Assembly: GCF_000497125.1 (NCBI RefSeq)
Contig: NC_090599.1
Span: 1,488,001 to 1,552,000, forward strand
Source: Spironucleus salmonicida
Taxonomy: Eukaryota
Direction of reading: 5' to 3'
Length of the DNA: 64,000 nt
Each line of letters begins with the position of its first letter. The first letter of the stretch is position 1. Shown here in pieces: positions 1 through 12,796 of this stretch. A program made the position numbers and the translations under genes. Below the pieces are notes generated by a model, which was not told where the DNA came from, searched no databases, and saw nothing but the letters and a program-made list of their open reading frames with translations.

Positions 1-366
1 TAAGATATCGTAATTTTATAAAAATCTTACTAAGACTTGTTATACACATAGAATTATAGTTTTTTAAGAATGCAGTTTACATTACACTAATAAGTTTAAT
101 AATGATTTATTATATACAGCTAAAATTGATATACTTTGTGATTCTTTAATTATTATAGATTAGAATAATTGTTTTAAACTCTAAATAATGATTGTAATAA
201 ACACTATTATGAGTAAAATAAATTTACATTCGTAATAAGAGAAATATAGATATAAAATAATTGAAGTTTAACAATATAAGATATATAAATATTCAATAAG
301 CTTATTTGTCATCTAATATACAATAATATGTATATAATTATCCATAACTTAAAACTTTAATTTCAT
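1..366 (-). CDS. possible hypothetical protein, 3'-partial (runs off window)
   Basis: ATG at 366 (minus) diverging from the 420 ATG across an AT-rich spacer; no TGA to the window edge in table 6; no motif. Confidence 0.35.
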
Positions 367-419
367 TTATATACTTTAATTAATTTTATAATATTATATA
401 TTATAGTGGTGTTTATTAA

Positions 420-2126
420 ATGAGGATTTCAAATGTGTTTGGCTATAATTAATTATCAGAAGATAGTTACGCTATTTTAAATGATAAACTATTTATTATC
501 AATGAATATATAATTGAAATTCATTCTGCTAACCAAAATAAGAAATTATCTGACTATTCATTTGGGAATATGGATTCATCATTTAAAATCATCTAACTTT
601 AAGCTTTCAATGATAAAATATTTGTATTATTATAAAAAAATAAGAATTCTATTATATTTGAATTTTATTAAAACGTGTTCTAACAAGTTCAAATCATCAA
701 TGAGAGATGTGTCTAATTTCTCGTGCTCTAACAAGACGGTATAGTTTCCTTTTTGTTTAAAACTATTACCGGATAAATTTTTCAGTAAATGAGCAATCAA
801 AAAAAAGAAATTATAGTTAAAGGCCTTTCGCGCCTATAAAATATTTAATTCCTATCTTTATTAGTTCTGGACAATAGTTTTATTGATCTCAATGGGTAAT
901 TTGCTATTGATCAAGAATTTCCTTCTTGTATAAGATAAATTGTTTATATATAAGATCGCCTTTATATTCTCCTTTTTAATAACCATGTATATGGCATTGA
1001 ACGAGGACATGAACCCGTACTTATCATAGATTATGATGTTCTTTAGTTTCCAATAGCAAAGCTTTTAGCTTTTCATGGTGTGTTATTTTTTGTTACAACA
1101 AAATTGCGTCTATACTATCTTACCGAAGGTCCTAAAATAATAAATATAGGCGCAGTGCGTGATACTGAACTAGAAATAGTAGTGTTTGCAGCTTAATTAG
1201 AGAAGTAGATACTTCTATCAGGTAAAAATGGGAAATTTATAGTATTTAATCCAACAAACAAGGAAATGTTCCAGTCGAACTCTAATTCACGATTACTACC
1301 ATTAGAGATTGAACATTATGACCCAAATTCTATGGTACTGAACTATCAGCCAGCAGCAAGATATTAAGGATTTGTGCCATAAGGGTATTGGTAGTTACTG
1401 CTTGATAATGGGCGCAAGGAATTTCTTTTTCAAAATTTCGAAAAATAAAATCGTTGTTCTATTATCGATCTTTCTGGTGCACCAAGGCTTGAAGATAGTC
1501 AGCATGCAGTGGTAGATGTGGTTGATAAAATGCTTATGCTGTTTTACTCACCTGATGGGCATTCATTACATTATGCTAAATGTAAGGGTAAGGATAAAAT
1601 ATTCAAATAATTCACTTGTAGTATACAGATTTAAAGGCTTTATATGTCTAAGTGTGAGGATAAGGTGTTTGTTGCTGATATTAATAACAACTTAAAATTG
1701 CTCGATTTTACATAAATACCGGAATCAAAACTAATATAGTCTTTTCGGAACGAGATCGTATTTGTTGAAGCACAACCTTCATATATTTTGATAGGATCAG
1801 GTATGAATATGTATATTTGCTGCAATCTTCGCACAGTAGACATATTCAAACTATAGGAAATTCCATCAGCCTGCTTTATAGCTAATCCAACGGATCATCT
1901 TGGACACCAAATCATTGCTCTAGCTTACCAAAATGGTATTATAGAATTGCGACATCTTATGAGCTTTACACTTCTTTAATAGGTATCTATTTTGAATCGA
2001 AAATTATCTTAACTTGCAATCGTAAATCAGTAGTTACGGTGCGAGGACGCCGAAACACGATAAATATTCATACTAGATAAAGTATCATCTCTGGATAATA
2101 TGTTATTAGATTTTGGCCTGGTATGA
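420..2126 (+). CDS. hypothetical protein, beta-rich (possible beta-propeller), 568 aa
   Basis: ATG420 MRISNVFGY... open to TGA 2124-2126 in table 6; AGTGA 3 nt downstream; WD-like strands near the C-terminus (LAYQNGIIELRHL). Confidence 0.75.
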
Positions 2127-2366
2127 GGGAGTGATTTTTTCGTCACAAATCCAAGAAATTATCATAAAGTGTTATGAAGGAATCCTTGATCTTTTAATAA
2201 TAATCAGAGTTTACATAATATTATTATTGGAATGCTCATAATCCTACCATATAGATAAAATATGCAGAATAATAATTAAACAAATATTTTACTATAGTTC
2301 TATCATTTAACAATTATCGGCTATATATTATATAATATCAGTAAATTTCGTCAAATTATTTTTATT

Positions 2367-2873
2367 TCACAAATCATAGAAATCTTCAACGAATCTACTT
2401 TGTCTCATATGATTAGCAGTTTCCTCTTCCTAGTTCTTTATTTTCAGCAACTAACTCTTCACGATATCACTTAAAAAATCATGATCTGTTTCAATAAATG
2501 TCCCAGATTCTGCAAATTGCCCTTTTAATTATGAATTTTTAAGCTAAAAAACGTCTGAATCCCCTAAAAAGTGTTATTATGCATCGTAAACTGATTTTTA
2601 TAATTATTCTACTAATTCATGTACTGGCTTTCCGTTCAAAAGACTAGTTTTAAGGTTGATCTTAGCATTTAAAAGGGCTGCTTTTACCTATTAAAACTCA
2701 ATTTCAACATGATATTTATTAGGATGAGAAAGAATATTTTGAAATTAAGAATTAAGGTTATTAAAAATTTGAATAAGAGATGAACAAGAATTTAAATTAG
2801 TCAATTACTGTATTAATTTAGTGTGTATTTCTGTGTAAAATAATTATTCAGTTTTAATGGAATTTAAGTTCAT
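2367..2873 (-). CDS. hypothetical protein, 168 aa
   Basis: AAAAATG start MNLNSIKTE..., ends ...VEDFYDL-TGA; helical composition. Confidence 0.65.
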
Positions 2874-3576
2874 TTTTGTATATTATTAATAAATAGAATA
2901 ATAGATAATAAGTAAAATAGTTTTTTAACTATAACATACTCATGCTAAATATGGGTAAAAATTGATAAGAGAGTAATGAATAAAGTTTACCAAGTTAAGT
3001 AAGTATTATAATATTAATTTTTCAACATAAAATAATATATAAGGTTTTTTTCAAAAATTTGAAAAGCTTTTATGGTTTTAATAAAAATAGTAATTTTGAT
3101 GATAAGTTAGACATATCTGTTTTAAACATTAAAAATAATCTCAACATAAATTTAATTTTATCTTTAAACTAATATCCCTGGTCATGTGTTAAAGATATCA
3201 GTTTTAAATCAAGATATATAGACAATTATTTTACGAATCCGATAACTATCAATTATTATAACTAAGATGATACCTTATTATCTAGGTTCAGTTATATTAA
3301 TAATTACTTAATTAATTTATACTGCTGCAATGAGTTTTAGTAAGATTTTTAAACATGAGTTGATATATTTGCTAAATTCGATTAAAAATATATGTTTAAG
3401 ATTTAAATATTATTAAAAAAACAAGCAATACCTTAAATTAATATATTTTATTTTTATTGTTTATCTGCTCCCCAAAAAGAGATATTATTTAATAGAATAT
3501 ACCATATTCAAATAATACTACAAACATAATTAACTGAATATTGTATTATATATAATGGGAAAACCATTTCCTCAAA

Positions 3577-6500
3577 ATGAAACCATATTAATATGTTAGT
3601 AATATTAACTCGAATGATAAGATTAATGAATTTTTGATTAATCATATCTAAAATAATTCATAAGAAGGTAAAAATATATTAGATTTTTTATTATTATAGC
3701 ATACAAAAGTTGTTGCTGTTTTTATGAGGAAAAATAAGATAAAATATGCCGATACAGATGATAAAATAGCAAATTTTACCAATCCAGGTTTTACACGATA
3801 ATATATATTATGGCTATTATATGATGCACCAGTTCCTATAGTTAATAACATTTATGATCATCACATTGTTATTAATGCTCCAAAAGATTTTCCTACTCCT
3901 AAATTAGTTAGCATTTAGTAAATATTAAGTACTGGAACTGCAAAAACTATAGCTGAATTATTATTTAAATCCAGACATAAATTGCTAAATAAATAAAATT
4001 TTATTAAATAATCACGTATTCTCTATGAAGATGACTTATAAAGTGAGTTATTAGAATACAACGTGTTGCTAGATTCTAGAGTTATTCTTAAATAATTTGA
4101 AGCTTAATTTATTAATGCATCACCAATTGATGTAGCTGAGATATTGTAAGAACATCTTCCTATAGAATAAATTTAGGAACTAATAAATAATTTTAACTTC
4201 ACATCTGATTAACCTGTTACTATAAATAAATGTGAACTCTATTAAGATAATGAAATAATTTTATAAGCTTATAATAATATTTGTAATTTGATATCATCGA
4301 ATTGTGCTAGTATTGAGCCAGATTTATTACATTAATTAGAAAATATCAGTTTAGACATTATATAATCAGATCCTTCTTTGTTTTCTAAATTTATTTCACT
4401 TACCCTAAATAGTACTTCTGAGGTTTTGGTATTTAATCATATTAGTTTGTAAGTTGATGAACTTTTTTAAAATAAAAACTTATTGAAGAAGAATTCCATT
4501 CTTTAATAGATTAGCACTAGCATTTTAGATTTATTCTTATAAGATAAATTTCTTCTATCAAAATTATTATCCACAGTATCTCCATAGGTGATTATGATTT
4601 TATGTAGCGAGCATTATCCATAGATTGATATACCTTATCTTATATTGTTAAGAACATATTAAGATGGTCCACAGTTTATTAATTCTATTTTATAAGAATC
4701 AATAAATCTTATACAAATATTACCATTTGAGATTTTATACTTTATTTTGGAATTTTCTCGAAAATTAATTTGGCTTACTGATGATTTGATAATATTTTAG
4801 TAATAAAGTTATCTCAATACTTTCCCTTTACTAGAAAATTTTGTTACAATAGTTAATGAACATTATTCTGTTAACATTCAGCATATAAATAATTTAAGCT
4901 AACAACACCCATTTGTTTTATAATCATCTAATGCTGTATTATTATTTTTGAAATCTTTCTAATTTAATGTAAATCTTGTATCTAAAAATTTATTTTCATC
5001 ATTATTAGACGAATCAGAAATAAATAATGCAACTATTGTCCGATAAGTCCTTGTAGATGCTTCTGAACTTATTGCTTCTGATGTAAATAGTATTTAGATT
5101 AGGGCATAAACTTTTTAATTTATTTTATCAATGATTTAAACATATGATCTCTTATTATCCCCAGTTCTTTAATCAAATGAATATATGTAAGAAAGTGGGT
5201 GGAATTAACTAATTTTACAAAATATTATCAAAGCAATTAACCTTTTTATTACTGTAGACTCTTAAGTATAGTTTTAAATTATATAAATTGAAAACACTAT
5301 ATCATAGATTACTATAGAAATTGACTAAATTTCTAAGTAAATTTAATTACTTAGTTAATAATCAATACAAAATAATTATTTATAGTAATAGAAATAAATA
5401 GCACTTATATCTTAACTCAAATAAAAAAAATACTCTTAAATCAATAGAAAAAATTAGTTATTAAAAAATATAGAATTAAAAAAACAATACGAAGATAAAT
5501 CTGCTTAAAACTAATAAAAGTCTATAGAACAAGACATGAAGAAAATCCAATCCTGCATAATTCAATTTTTAGACATTAAATAAGTTTAAAATAAACCTTA
5601 CCTATTTAATCTTATAAAACTTATATCTTAGTAAAATAATTGTTCATCCATGCCATCAGTTGATGCCGACTAATTTTAATTTGTTGTCCAAAGAAACATT
5701 GCTCCCAAAAAGATTATGAAAGAAGTAGTTATTATTTTAAATAAAATAGTTCCTGCAACTGCATTTAAGGTAGCTTCAGATATTGCAGTGGAATATCCTC
5801 ACTTAATTGAGTATATTGCACAATTTGTACTTTTAGATAGACTTATTTAAGACCAATCATAGCTACTGTTAAATTTTATGAACGGTCTGCTTAGTATTAC
5901 TTCCTAATAAGCTGACGTTGTAATTGATAAGCTAGTATTACCACTATTAAGATATATCTATCCACGTTTTTTCCATATCAGTTTTACAGTATAAAATTAG
6001 CATTCTATCAACCTGTAGGAACTTGCTTCAGACAAAATAAAAAACTCATAAATCACGTTTTAGTCACCGAAATCGAATCGTTCTCTAATGTAAATCACTC
6101 TTACTCAGATTGCACACCTTTTGTCCGCCTTACTTAGTTAACAGTAGATATATATATAAACACCATTGTAATCTTAAACCAAACTAATGAACACCATCAT
6201 CTACTATCAAGCTTACTCTATAGATATTTTGAATGGGCTAACGCTAATATCATTCACATAATTTATTAGAATAACTATATAAAATCTTCAGTTTTCTAAA
6301 CATCTAGCCCCATTATTTGATAATGCCAACAAAATTCAGTATTTCATTTTAAATTAATATAAGCCATGCAACACTTATCTTCTGGATACTGAATCCTTAT
6401 AGCAGTTCAAAACGGATATATAGCTTATCATTAATAATAAATAGTTTGAGCCATAGTTTTTTTAAGATTCAACTTTTTCTGCATTTTATCAAAACTTCAA

Positions 6501-6828
6501 AGCCGATTAGTATATTCTTAAAGAATTAGATATGCGTCTAAGAGCTGCTAATATTGAATTCTGCTAAATATTAAATCGTCACTTACCAACATTATAGTTA
6601 TAACTCTAATAATTTTTTATGCAGCCAATTCATTTACAGTAGAATTAAATTGTTAATGAAATGATAGTTGTACCGTTTAAGTTTGCTAAGATTACATATT
6701 TTTCTATGAAATTGCAATAAATTTATGTATATTTAACTTAATTTAGAAATGCAATAATCAATGAGCAATTTAATAGCTAGGTTGGAGTAATTATTGAAGA
6801 TTTTGTATCTGTTGATATTGTGGAGTGA
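3577..6828 (+). CDS. large hypothetical helical protein with a Gln-rich segment, 1083 aa
   Basis: 3.25 kb frame free of TGA, MKPYQYVSN...VDIVE-TGA, stop in AGTGA context. Confidence 0.85.
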
Positions 6829-6967
6829 AATAATCATATTAGTATACACCTAAGTATCACTTAAAAATAAAAATTATGTACTTTTAATTATTGTAAATAA
6901 TAAAAATAATGCATCCCAACCAACAAGTTCAAAGTTAATTCGCTCTTAATCTTATTCACCCAAAACC

Positions 6968-7234
6968 TCACTCTTTCTAAAGCTCTATAAGTTCCTGCGG
7001 GGCTACCTCGCCTTCACCAAATTCAGTTTCTAACGGGTCGTATGCCATATCCTCGAACCAGCGAACCAAGCGAGTACGGTAACGGCGTAATGCCAATTCA
7101 TATTAATATAACTTACGATCTTTCTCTTTGGCCAACAGTACAAGCCTAAGATTCTGCTGCGCAAGACGCTGGTTTTCTTCTTATAGGATAGCCAGTTACT
7201 ACTGTATTTCTGAAGGGGTTTGCTGCTTGCTCAT
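6968..7234 (-). CDS. small coiled-coil protein, 88 aa
   Basis: MSKQQTPSEIQQQLAILQEENQRLAQQNLRL...QKE-TGA; AGTGA stop; pyrimidine/C-rich leader. Confidence 0.75.
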
Positions 7235-7323
7235 TGAAGTGGAATGTTAGGCAATACTGAAAGGGAATGTAATTATAAATTTAAATATAATAATGGTATA
7301 TTTTGGAATCCTCTAAAAACTTA

Positions 7324-7863
7324 ATGCAGGAGACGTTGCCACAGTAAGCACGTAAATAATATTTTAAAGCTAAGTAATAATTAAAGCAACTAGAGAATTT
7401 AACTGCAGGATTTTCGTTATATCGCTGGATAGGTACTACAGTATTAACAGTTTTCTACTTACTATTTGTATTACTCACTCATTCCCACTACGCCATTGTA
7501 TATTTTCTCTATATTTACATCTTATCTGCTTTTATTCAATTTATATCACCAAAAACAGGAGACTCAACCGTAGCTCTTCCAGTGAGTACAACAGATTTAG
7601 CAGATGCAAAGAATTATCAAAGGGAGATGTGTGAATTTGACTTCTGGTTTGTGGCCACCATTTGGACATTTATTTCACTCATTCTCTCATTTTTCCCATT
7701 TACAGATATCCCCGTTTTTTGGCCTGTTCTTGTACTATACTCAATCGCTTTAACGATAGCCATAGTACATAAGGAACTTTAGAAGTGGAAATCAATGAAT
7801 GTTGATGCTAAAACGGCTGTGAAACACTGGGTTGGTCTCAATAAACCAAAATATTCGCAGTGA
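7324..7863 (+). CDS. RER1: Rer1 ER-retrieval receptor, 179 aa
   Basis: Rer1 motifs: RW + TM helices, FISPK, EFDFW, FFPFTDIPVFWPVLVLY, C-terminal KPKY; AGTGA stop. Confidence 0.9.
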
Positions 7864-7871
7864 ACCCTTTA

Positions 7872-8528
7872 TCACTCAACTTCATATGTGCAGTAAGAGT
7901 AAATCTGATCTTCTGTTTATATAATAATAAACTAAGCACTAAAGTATTCAATCAAAAAAATCTCTAGTTATGTCTCAAATTTTCTGTTATATAATTATAT
8001 TACTTTTCTATTTTTTAAACCCTAAATATTAATTATTATATTAGACTATTTAATTTTTATAGTACTAGGTAGTTTCAACTGCAAATTATGATTATCTCCT
8101 TCAAATACATCGGCAGAGCTAGTTTAAATAGAAATATGTGGATAAGAGATAACTACCTGAAACTTGTCTAATATTTCTATTTTATTTATTTTTCGGGCTC
8201 CAATCAAGCAACTCTTAAATAATGCCATTTCGTCTCCCACAGTATCAAAAGCTCTGAAAAATAATAGTTATTTAATCTATTATTTGTGATTATTGTATAA
8301 TATCTGATAAGTAAACTGCAAATTTCTCTACAATAATTAAATCAAAAACTTCTCTAAAATTTAATTTTTATATCGTAATTTTATAGAAAGGCATTCATTA
8401 CCAATCAAATCCATGAAGAAATTGTCTAATGTCTCATAAAAATTACCATGTATCAATTTTTCATTCCTCAAGATATCTTATAGTGTCAGAAACTAAAGTT
8501 CATCTGACAAATAGGTTAAATCTAACAT
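7872..8528 (-). CDS. hypothetical protein, 218 aa
   Basis: MLDLTYLSDELQF... open to an AGTGA stop; start uncertain. Confidence 0.6.
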
Positions 8529-8554
8529 TCTGACAATAGTTTGTAGAAAAAATC

Positions 8555-10087
8555 TCACCCGAACAAGCACTTATATACGTGCAACAACAACCATGCTGCT
8601 CCAAATTCTCCTTCTACTTCAGCATTTTTTTCTCCTAGTGTCTGCTCTAATTTTGTAGCCACGCCTTTGCTCTATAGACTCCATTCATCCTTTCCTACGT
8701 CTTCTACGCATGCAAGCCCAACACCAATAACCAATATACACTATTAGTAAAAACTTGATTCGGTTCCGTAAAATCTCTCGATGTATTCAACACTAAACAC
8801 TGCACTTTAAATAGCTTCCTTTACATCAGCACGGAAGCTCAATTTGTCCTCTTCACGCATCTATTCTGCTCTATTATAGTCCTCAACCATTCTTTTTAAT
8901 ATAGGATTACTATAATCTGTGTTCTCAGGTATTTTTCGTTCTTTTTTTAAGTTTTCGATAGCGTTCGTCATTGGTGCATAAAACTACATCAATGAGTCTC
9001 TAAATATGTTTTACGCCGATAATAAAGCTTACACACTTTACGATTCTGAATACTTTTCACTGAAAAGCCCTAACTTTGCAACAGAATAAATCTACAAGCA
9101 AGTTTGGAGTGAGTTTACACCGCACGCCAAAGTTGCGAAATAGAGTGCAGATGCAGCGGTATTAAGTGCCTATGTGAAGTCTTTTTCAGCGATTAGGACA
9201 CGCGTCTGAGATGTCCAATATTTACTTTGCAAATATGCTAATCCAGCGCCAGAATTCGATCTGTAGACTTCATCACGGAGCGAATTTTCTAACTAAATTT
9301 CAAGTTCGAGTTAAAGAGCCGATTTCAGTTGCGTTAGATGCTGCGGTGGATTTGACATTGAGCCTCCACTTTTGCTCAAATTACTATTCTAATTGACATT
9401 GCTACCTTAATTATCACCAATTTCTTTCGCTTTCTTAACTATTGACTCAGCTAAATCGATTTCAGCCGACATTCCAATCATATCTGGACGTATTTCGTTA
9501 ATATTCTCGAGATTTTGAATTATATCTTATTTCAGTTCGTTTTGGCATAAGCTTCGAAGCTCTGCTTATCGTTACTGAATCAGAAATTTAGCACGCGAAA
9601 CATATCCTCGTGCCGCATCTTTGGCGCCAGCAAGCGTTGCGACATCAGCAAGGGCCAGTAATGGTGGTACTAAATCTACACTTCCCTATCCATGAACTTC
9701 ACGAGCAAAAAATAGCGATCTTTCGGCTGCTGGTAACGCTAATTCATTATTACCTTCTAAAACATGTCTTCTACTTTCTAAATAAGAGACTCTCCGACAT
9801 TCGTCCTGAAGTGCCGCAAGCCGATTTGCAGTTTCTGGACGAGAACGTGTTGCCAATGGCAACTTCAAAATTTCTCGGATTGCAGCTTGACGCTCACAAA
9901 GAATCGCGTGGCATGCCAAGTCGTCCAAAAGCAGATGCTCTCTGCAGCAATAACATGTTCTACACTGTGTGCACAAGAAGGCTCCATCTGAGTTACAGAT
10001 AACACATATATACCTTCTACCTTTTGGGGCGGATAAAGCATGTACTTGAATAAACTTTGATGGTAAACGTATTTCTTCGTCCGCCAT
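8555..10087 (-). CDS. ZMYND12: MYND zinc-finger/TPR protein, ZMYND12 (inner-arm dynein p38)-like, 510 aa
   Basis: APKGRRYICVIC..CTQC..YCCREH..HAILC, then LEGNNELALPAAERSLFF..GQGSVDLVPPLLALA, collinear with ZMYND12. Confidence 0.85.
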
Positions 10088-10209
10088 TATTGCGAAAGTA
10101 TAATAATATAAATATAAATATAATAATAATTAGTTACGGAACGAATGCAAATGGGTTAATTTTAGTTATTATTATATGATTTCAATAGCATTATATAAGA
10201 TAAAAATAA

Positions 10210-10584
10210 ATGCTAGTACTAGCAGTTTGTTTTGGTCTTTAAGGATATAGAGCTGTTAATTATGCTCCTTAAAAAACTGCTTTATAGGCTATATAAGAAC
10301 TTAAACCTACTAAAATACTTCTTTTTCATGCAAAATGGTGCGGTGACTGTTAAAAACATGTCCCATTCATATCAAACATCTTTTCACAACTGTAAACAAT
10401 AATACCATAGGTGGAAATAAATCAGATAGAAGTAGATTATAACAAGTAAGATTAGAATGGGCTAACGAAATAATTTAAAATTACAAAAATACCTACAATC
10501 ATCATATTACGAGGTAAACATTTATGTAAACTTACTGAATATCCTAAAGTAACTTGGGAGGATGATATGGCTGATTGTTTCTGA
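10210..10584 (+). CDS. thioredoxin-fold protein with WCGDC active site and short hydrophobic N-terminus, 124 aa
   Basis: MLVLAVCFG...FHAKWCGDCQKHVP...KIPTIIIL...TEYPKVTWEDDM; CxxC and cis-Pro (IPT) motifs. Confidence 0.85.
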
Positions 10585-11042
10585 TTTGTATTAATATTGG
10601 AGCATCTGGTGTTTTAATTAGTTATTTTTTAAAAATTTAGTGTATTTATCCTTTTATATAGTAATTAATATAAGTAGAAATAAACATTGTGTTATATCTT
10701 TAATAGATAAAAATTTGAACTAGTATTCAAATAAAATATTATTCCAACTATTGAATATAATATCATTCAAAATTTTGGTATTAATAGAGTACTAGTATAT
10801 GCATATGGTGTGAATGATTACATATATATTTCTTCATTGTATTGCAAAAAAATTATGTGATAGATAAAATTTCAAAATCAGGTAACGGTTTATTATATAA
10901 TTGAAAAAACTTTTAATATATAATAAGTAAAACATCATAATTACTAATAAAGAATTGATACATCTCTATATTAATTTAATTCTCTTATCAGAAGACTTTC
11001 ACAAGATATTATAAAACCCTGCTTTGTTAAATAGATTTTTGA

Positions 11043-11720
11043 TCATAAACTATCAGGAAATGCCCAAAATCTATTTCCATTATGTAGGTACCAATCTACT
11101 AACTCAACAGCAAACCTAAAATCAGGACCACAGCTGTTCAATTTCTCTATTGTGGCTGGAAGAACACTTACAGTCCCCATACTTAACATGAGCTCGACCT
11201 CAGGCCGCATAAATAAGTTACGATTCAACATCCTACCTACCCTCCATTTTGCTTCTAGCATGGTTCGGCCTGATCGCAGTAGGAGATCAATAGCACGGTT
11301 AGCATCCTTTTTGATCACAGAGTCTTGACCAGCTGTGAACGTTCGAAAAGTAGTCACATAAACCATTAATTAAATTACTATTCCATTTGTATGAAGAGAT
11401 TTTCCCATATCTTCGATTTCATTTGGCACCAAACGTACGAAAAGCCGCTATCGAAATGTTTTCATGACCTATTCTTCTGCAATTAACTCTAAATATCTTG
11501 CGAAGTATGATACTGTATATATCTACACTGCTGCTCCTGTAACCTTCTCCATGATGTTTTCCTTCGTAAGACCAAATATCATCGGATTTGCTTCTGCCAG
11601 TTTTGATAGAACTACATCTAAATGGATTCCAGAAACGCGTACTATTTCATGAATATTGTCTCGAGTTGGTACCATATTAATCAGCCCATTCAAAACCCAT
11701 ATACTCTAAAACTGGCTCAT
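11043..11720 (-). CDS. hypothetical globular protein, 225 aa
   Basis: MSQFQSIWVLNG... extends track ORF 11043..11366 through TAA/TAG; balanced composition. Confidence 0.8.
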
Positions 11721-11794
11721 TGTTTGATTCTATATAAAATATATTATATAAATTATTTCTTAAAATTATTAATGACTACTAACTTATTAAATTA

Positions 11795-12670
11795 ATGAAA
11801 ATTATAATTACAGGGTTTAATGGCTTCATAGGTAAACATTTAATGTCAATATTAAATGATCAAAATGATATATTTATACTGCTTTGCAGATAGTCAACTA
11901 AAATATTAACTAATTTTTAAAGTAATATGGAAATCTACCGGGTGAATTCTTTTGAAGAGCCAATAAATTTATCATGTGATATTCTAGTTCATTTAGCGGG
12001 GAGTTCTAAATGGGGGACGTTAGAAAATTCTAATTCCTTCAACTCATCAATATGTATAATGAAAAATCTTATGGATACTATTAAATTTACTCGATTTGTT
12101 TATATTTCTTCTGGAGCTGCTGATCTTTACGAGAAATCATAGCCAAAATAACTTTATTATTATGCATTATCAAAATATTTAAACGAATTACAAGTTAAAT
12201 AATTATAAAATTATATTATTCTAAGGCCTGGAGAAGTGTACGGAAAAGATGATAAGTTAATTACAGCTTAAAATATCTTAAATTTTCAATCCAAGATTTG
12301 TTTTACTACAAATTCGATAATTTCTGTTACAGATGCTAATTCTGTAGCTTTTGGAATAAAACAGGCAATTTACTCATCAAAAACTGGAATTTATAATTTA
12401 GGTGGTGAAAATATAAGTATAGATCGTCTCGCACGGATTGTATAGTAATAAAGTGCGATATATTCTACTAATATAATTTTCAGCTCAATTTTAGCACGAT
12501 ATTTTGCGAAGTTTGGTAAATTTTTTGGTATTGATGATGAGTCTATTAAATACGGAACATTAGACTGGTATTAAGATAGCTCAAAATCTATTGAGGAATT
12601 GTAATATAAATATAATACAGTACCATATATTGTTAAAAATGTAGTTGAATGGTTAAAACTTAGATCGTGA
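11795..12670 (+). CDS. NAD-dependent epimerase/dehydratase (extended SDR), 291 aa
   Basis: MKIIITGFNGFIG (TGxxGxxG), HLAG, YISS, YALSK (YxxxK), ILRPGEVYG, GIYNLGG. Confidence 0.9.
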
Positions 12671-12796
12671 TAAATAAATTATATCATATTTATTATAAAT
12701 TATAGTAACAGCATTGTACAAAATTATCTTCGTTTTTCTATAACAAAAATTATTAGTCATATAATTATTATTAGTTATAAATATTATTTAATAAAA

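Noticed and set aside
2874-3576. Open frames on both strands
   Set aside because: With one stop codon in AT-rich DNA, long frames arise by chance; no motif or AGTGA end to choose between them.
9610-10002. Track ORF on + strand (130 aa); likewise 30601..30861, 30903..31337, 34886..35182, 41288..41530, 53373..53615, 57092..57436
   Set aside because: Antisense or off-frame shadows of better-supported genes (ZMYND12, ALG14, the 30942 gene, bystin, the 42493 gene, ARF, SUA5).
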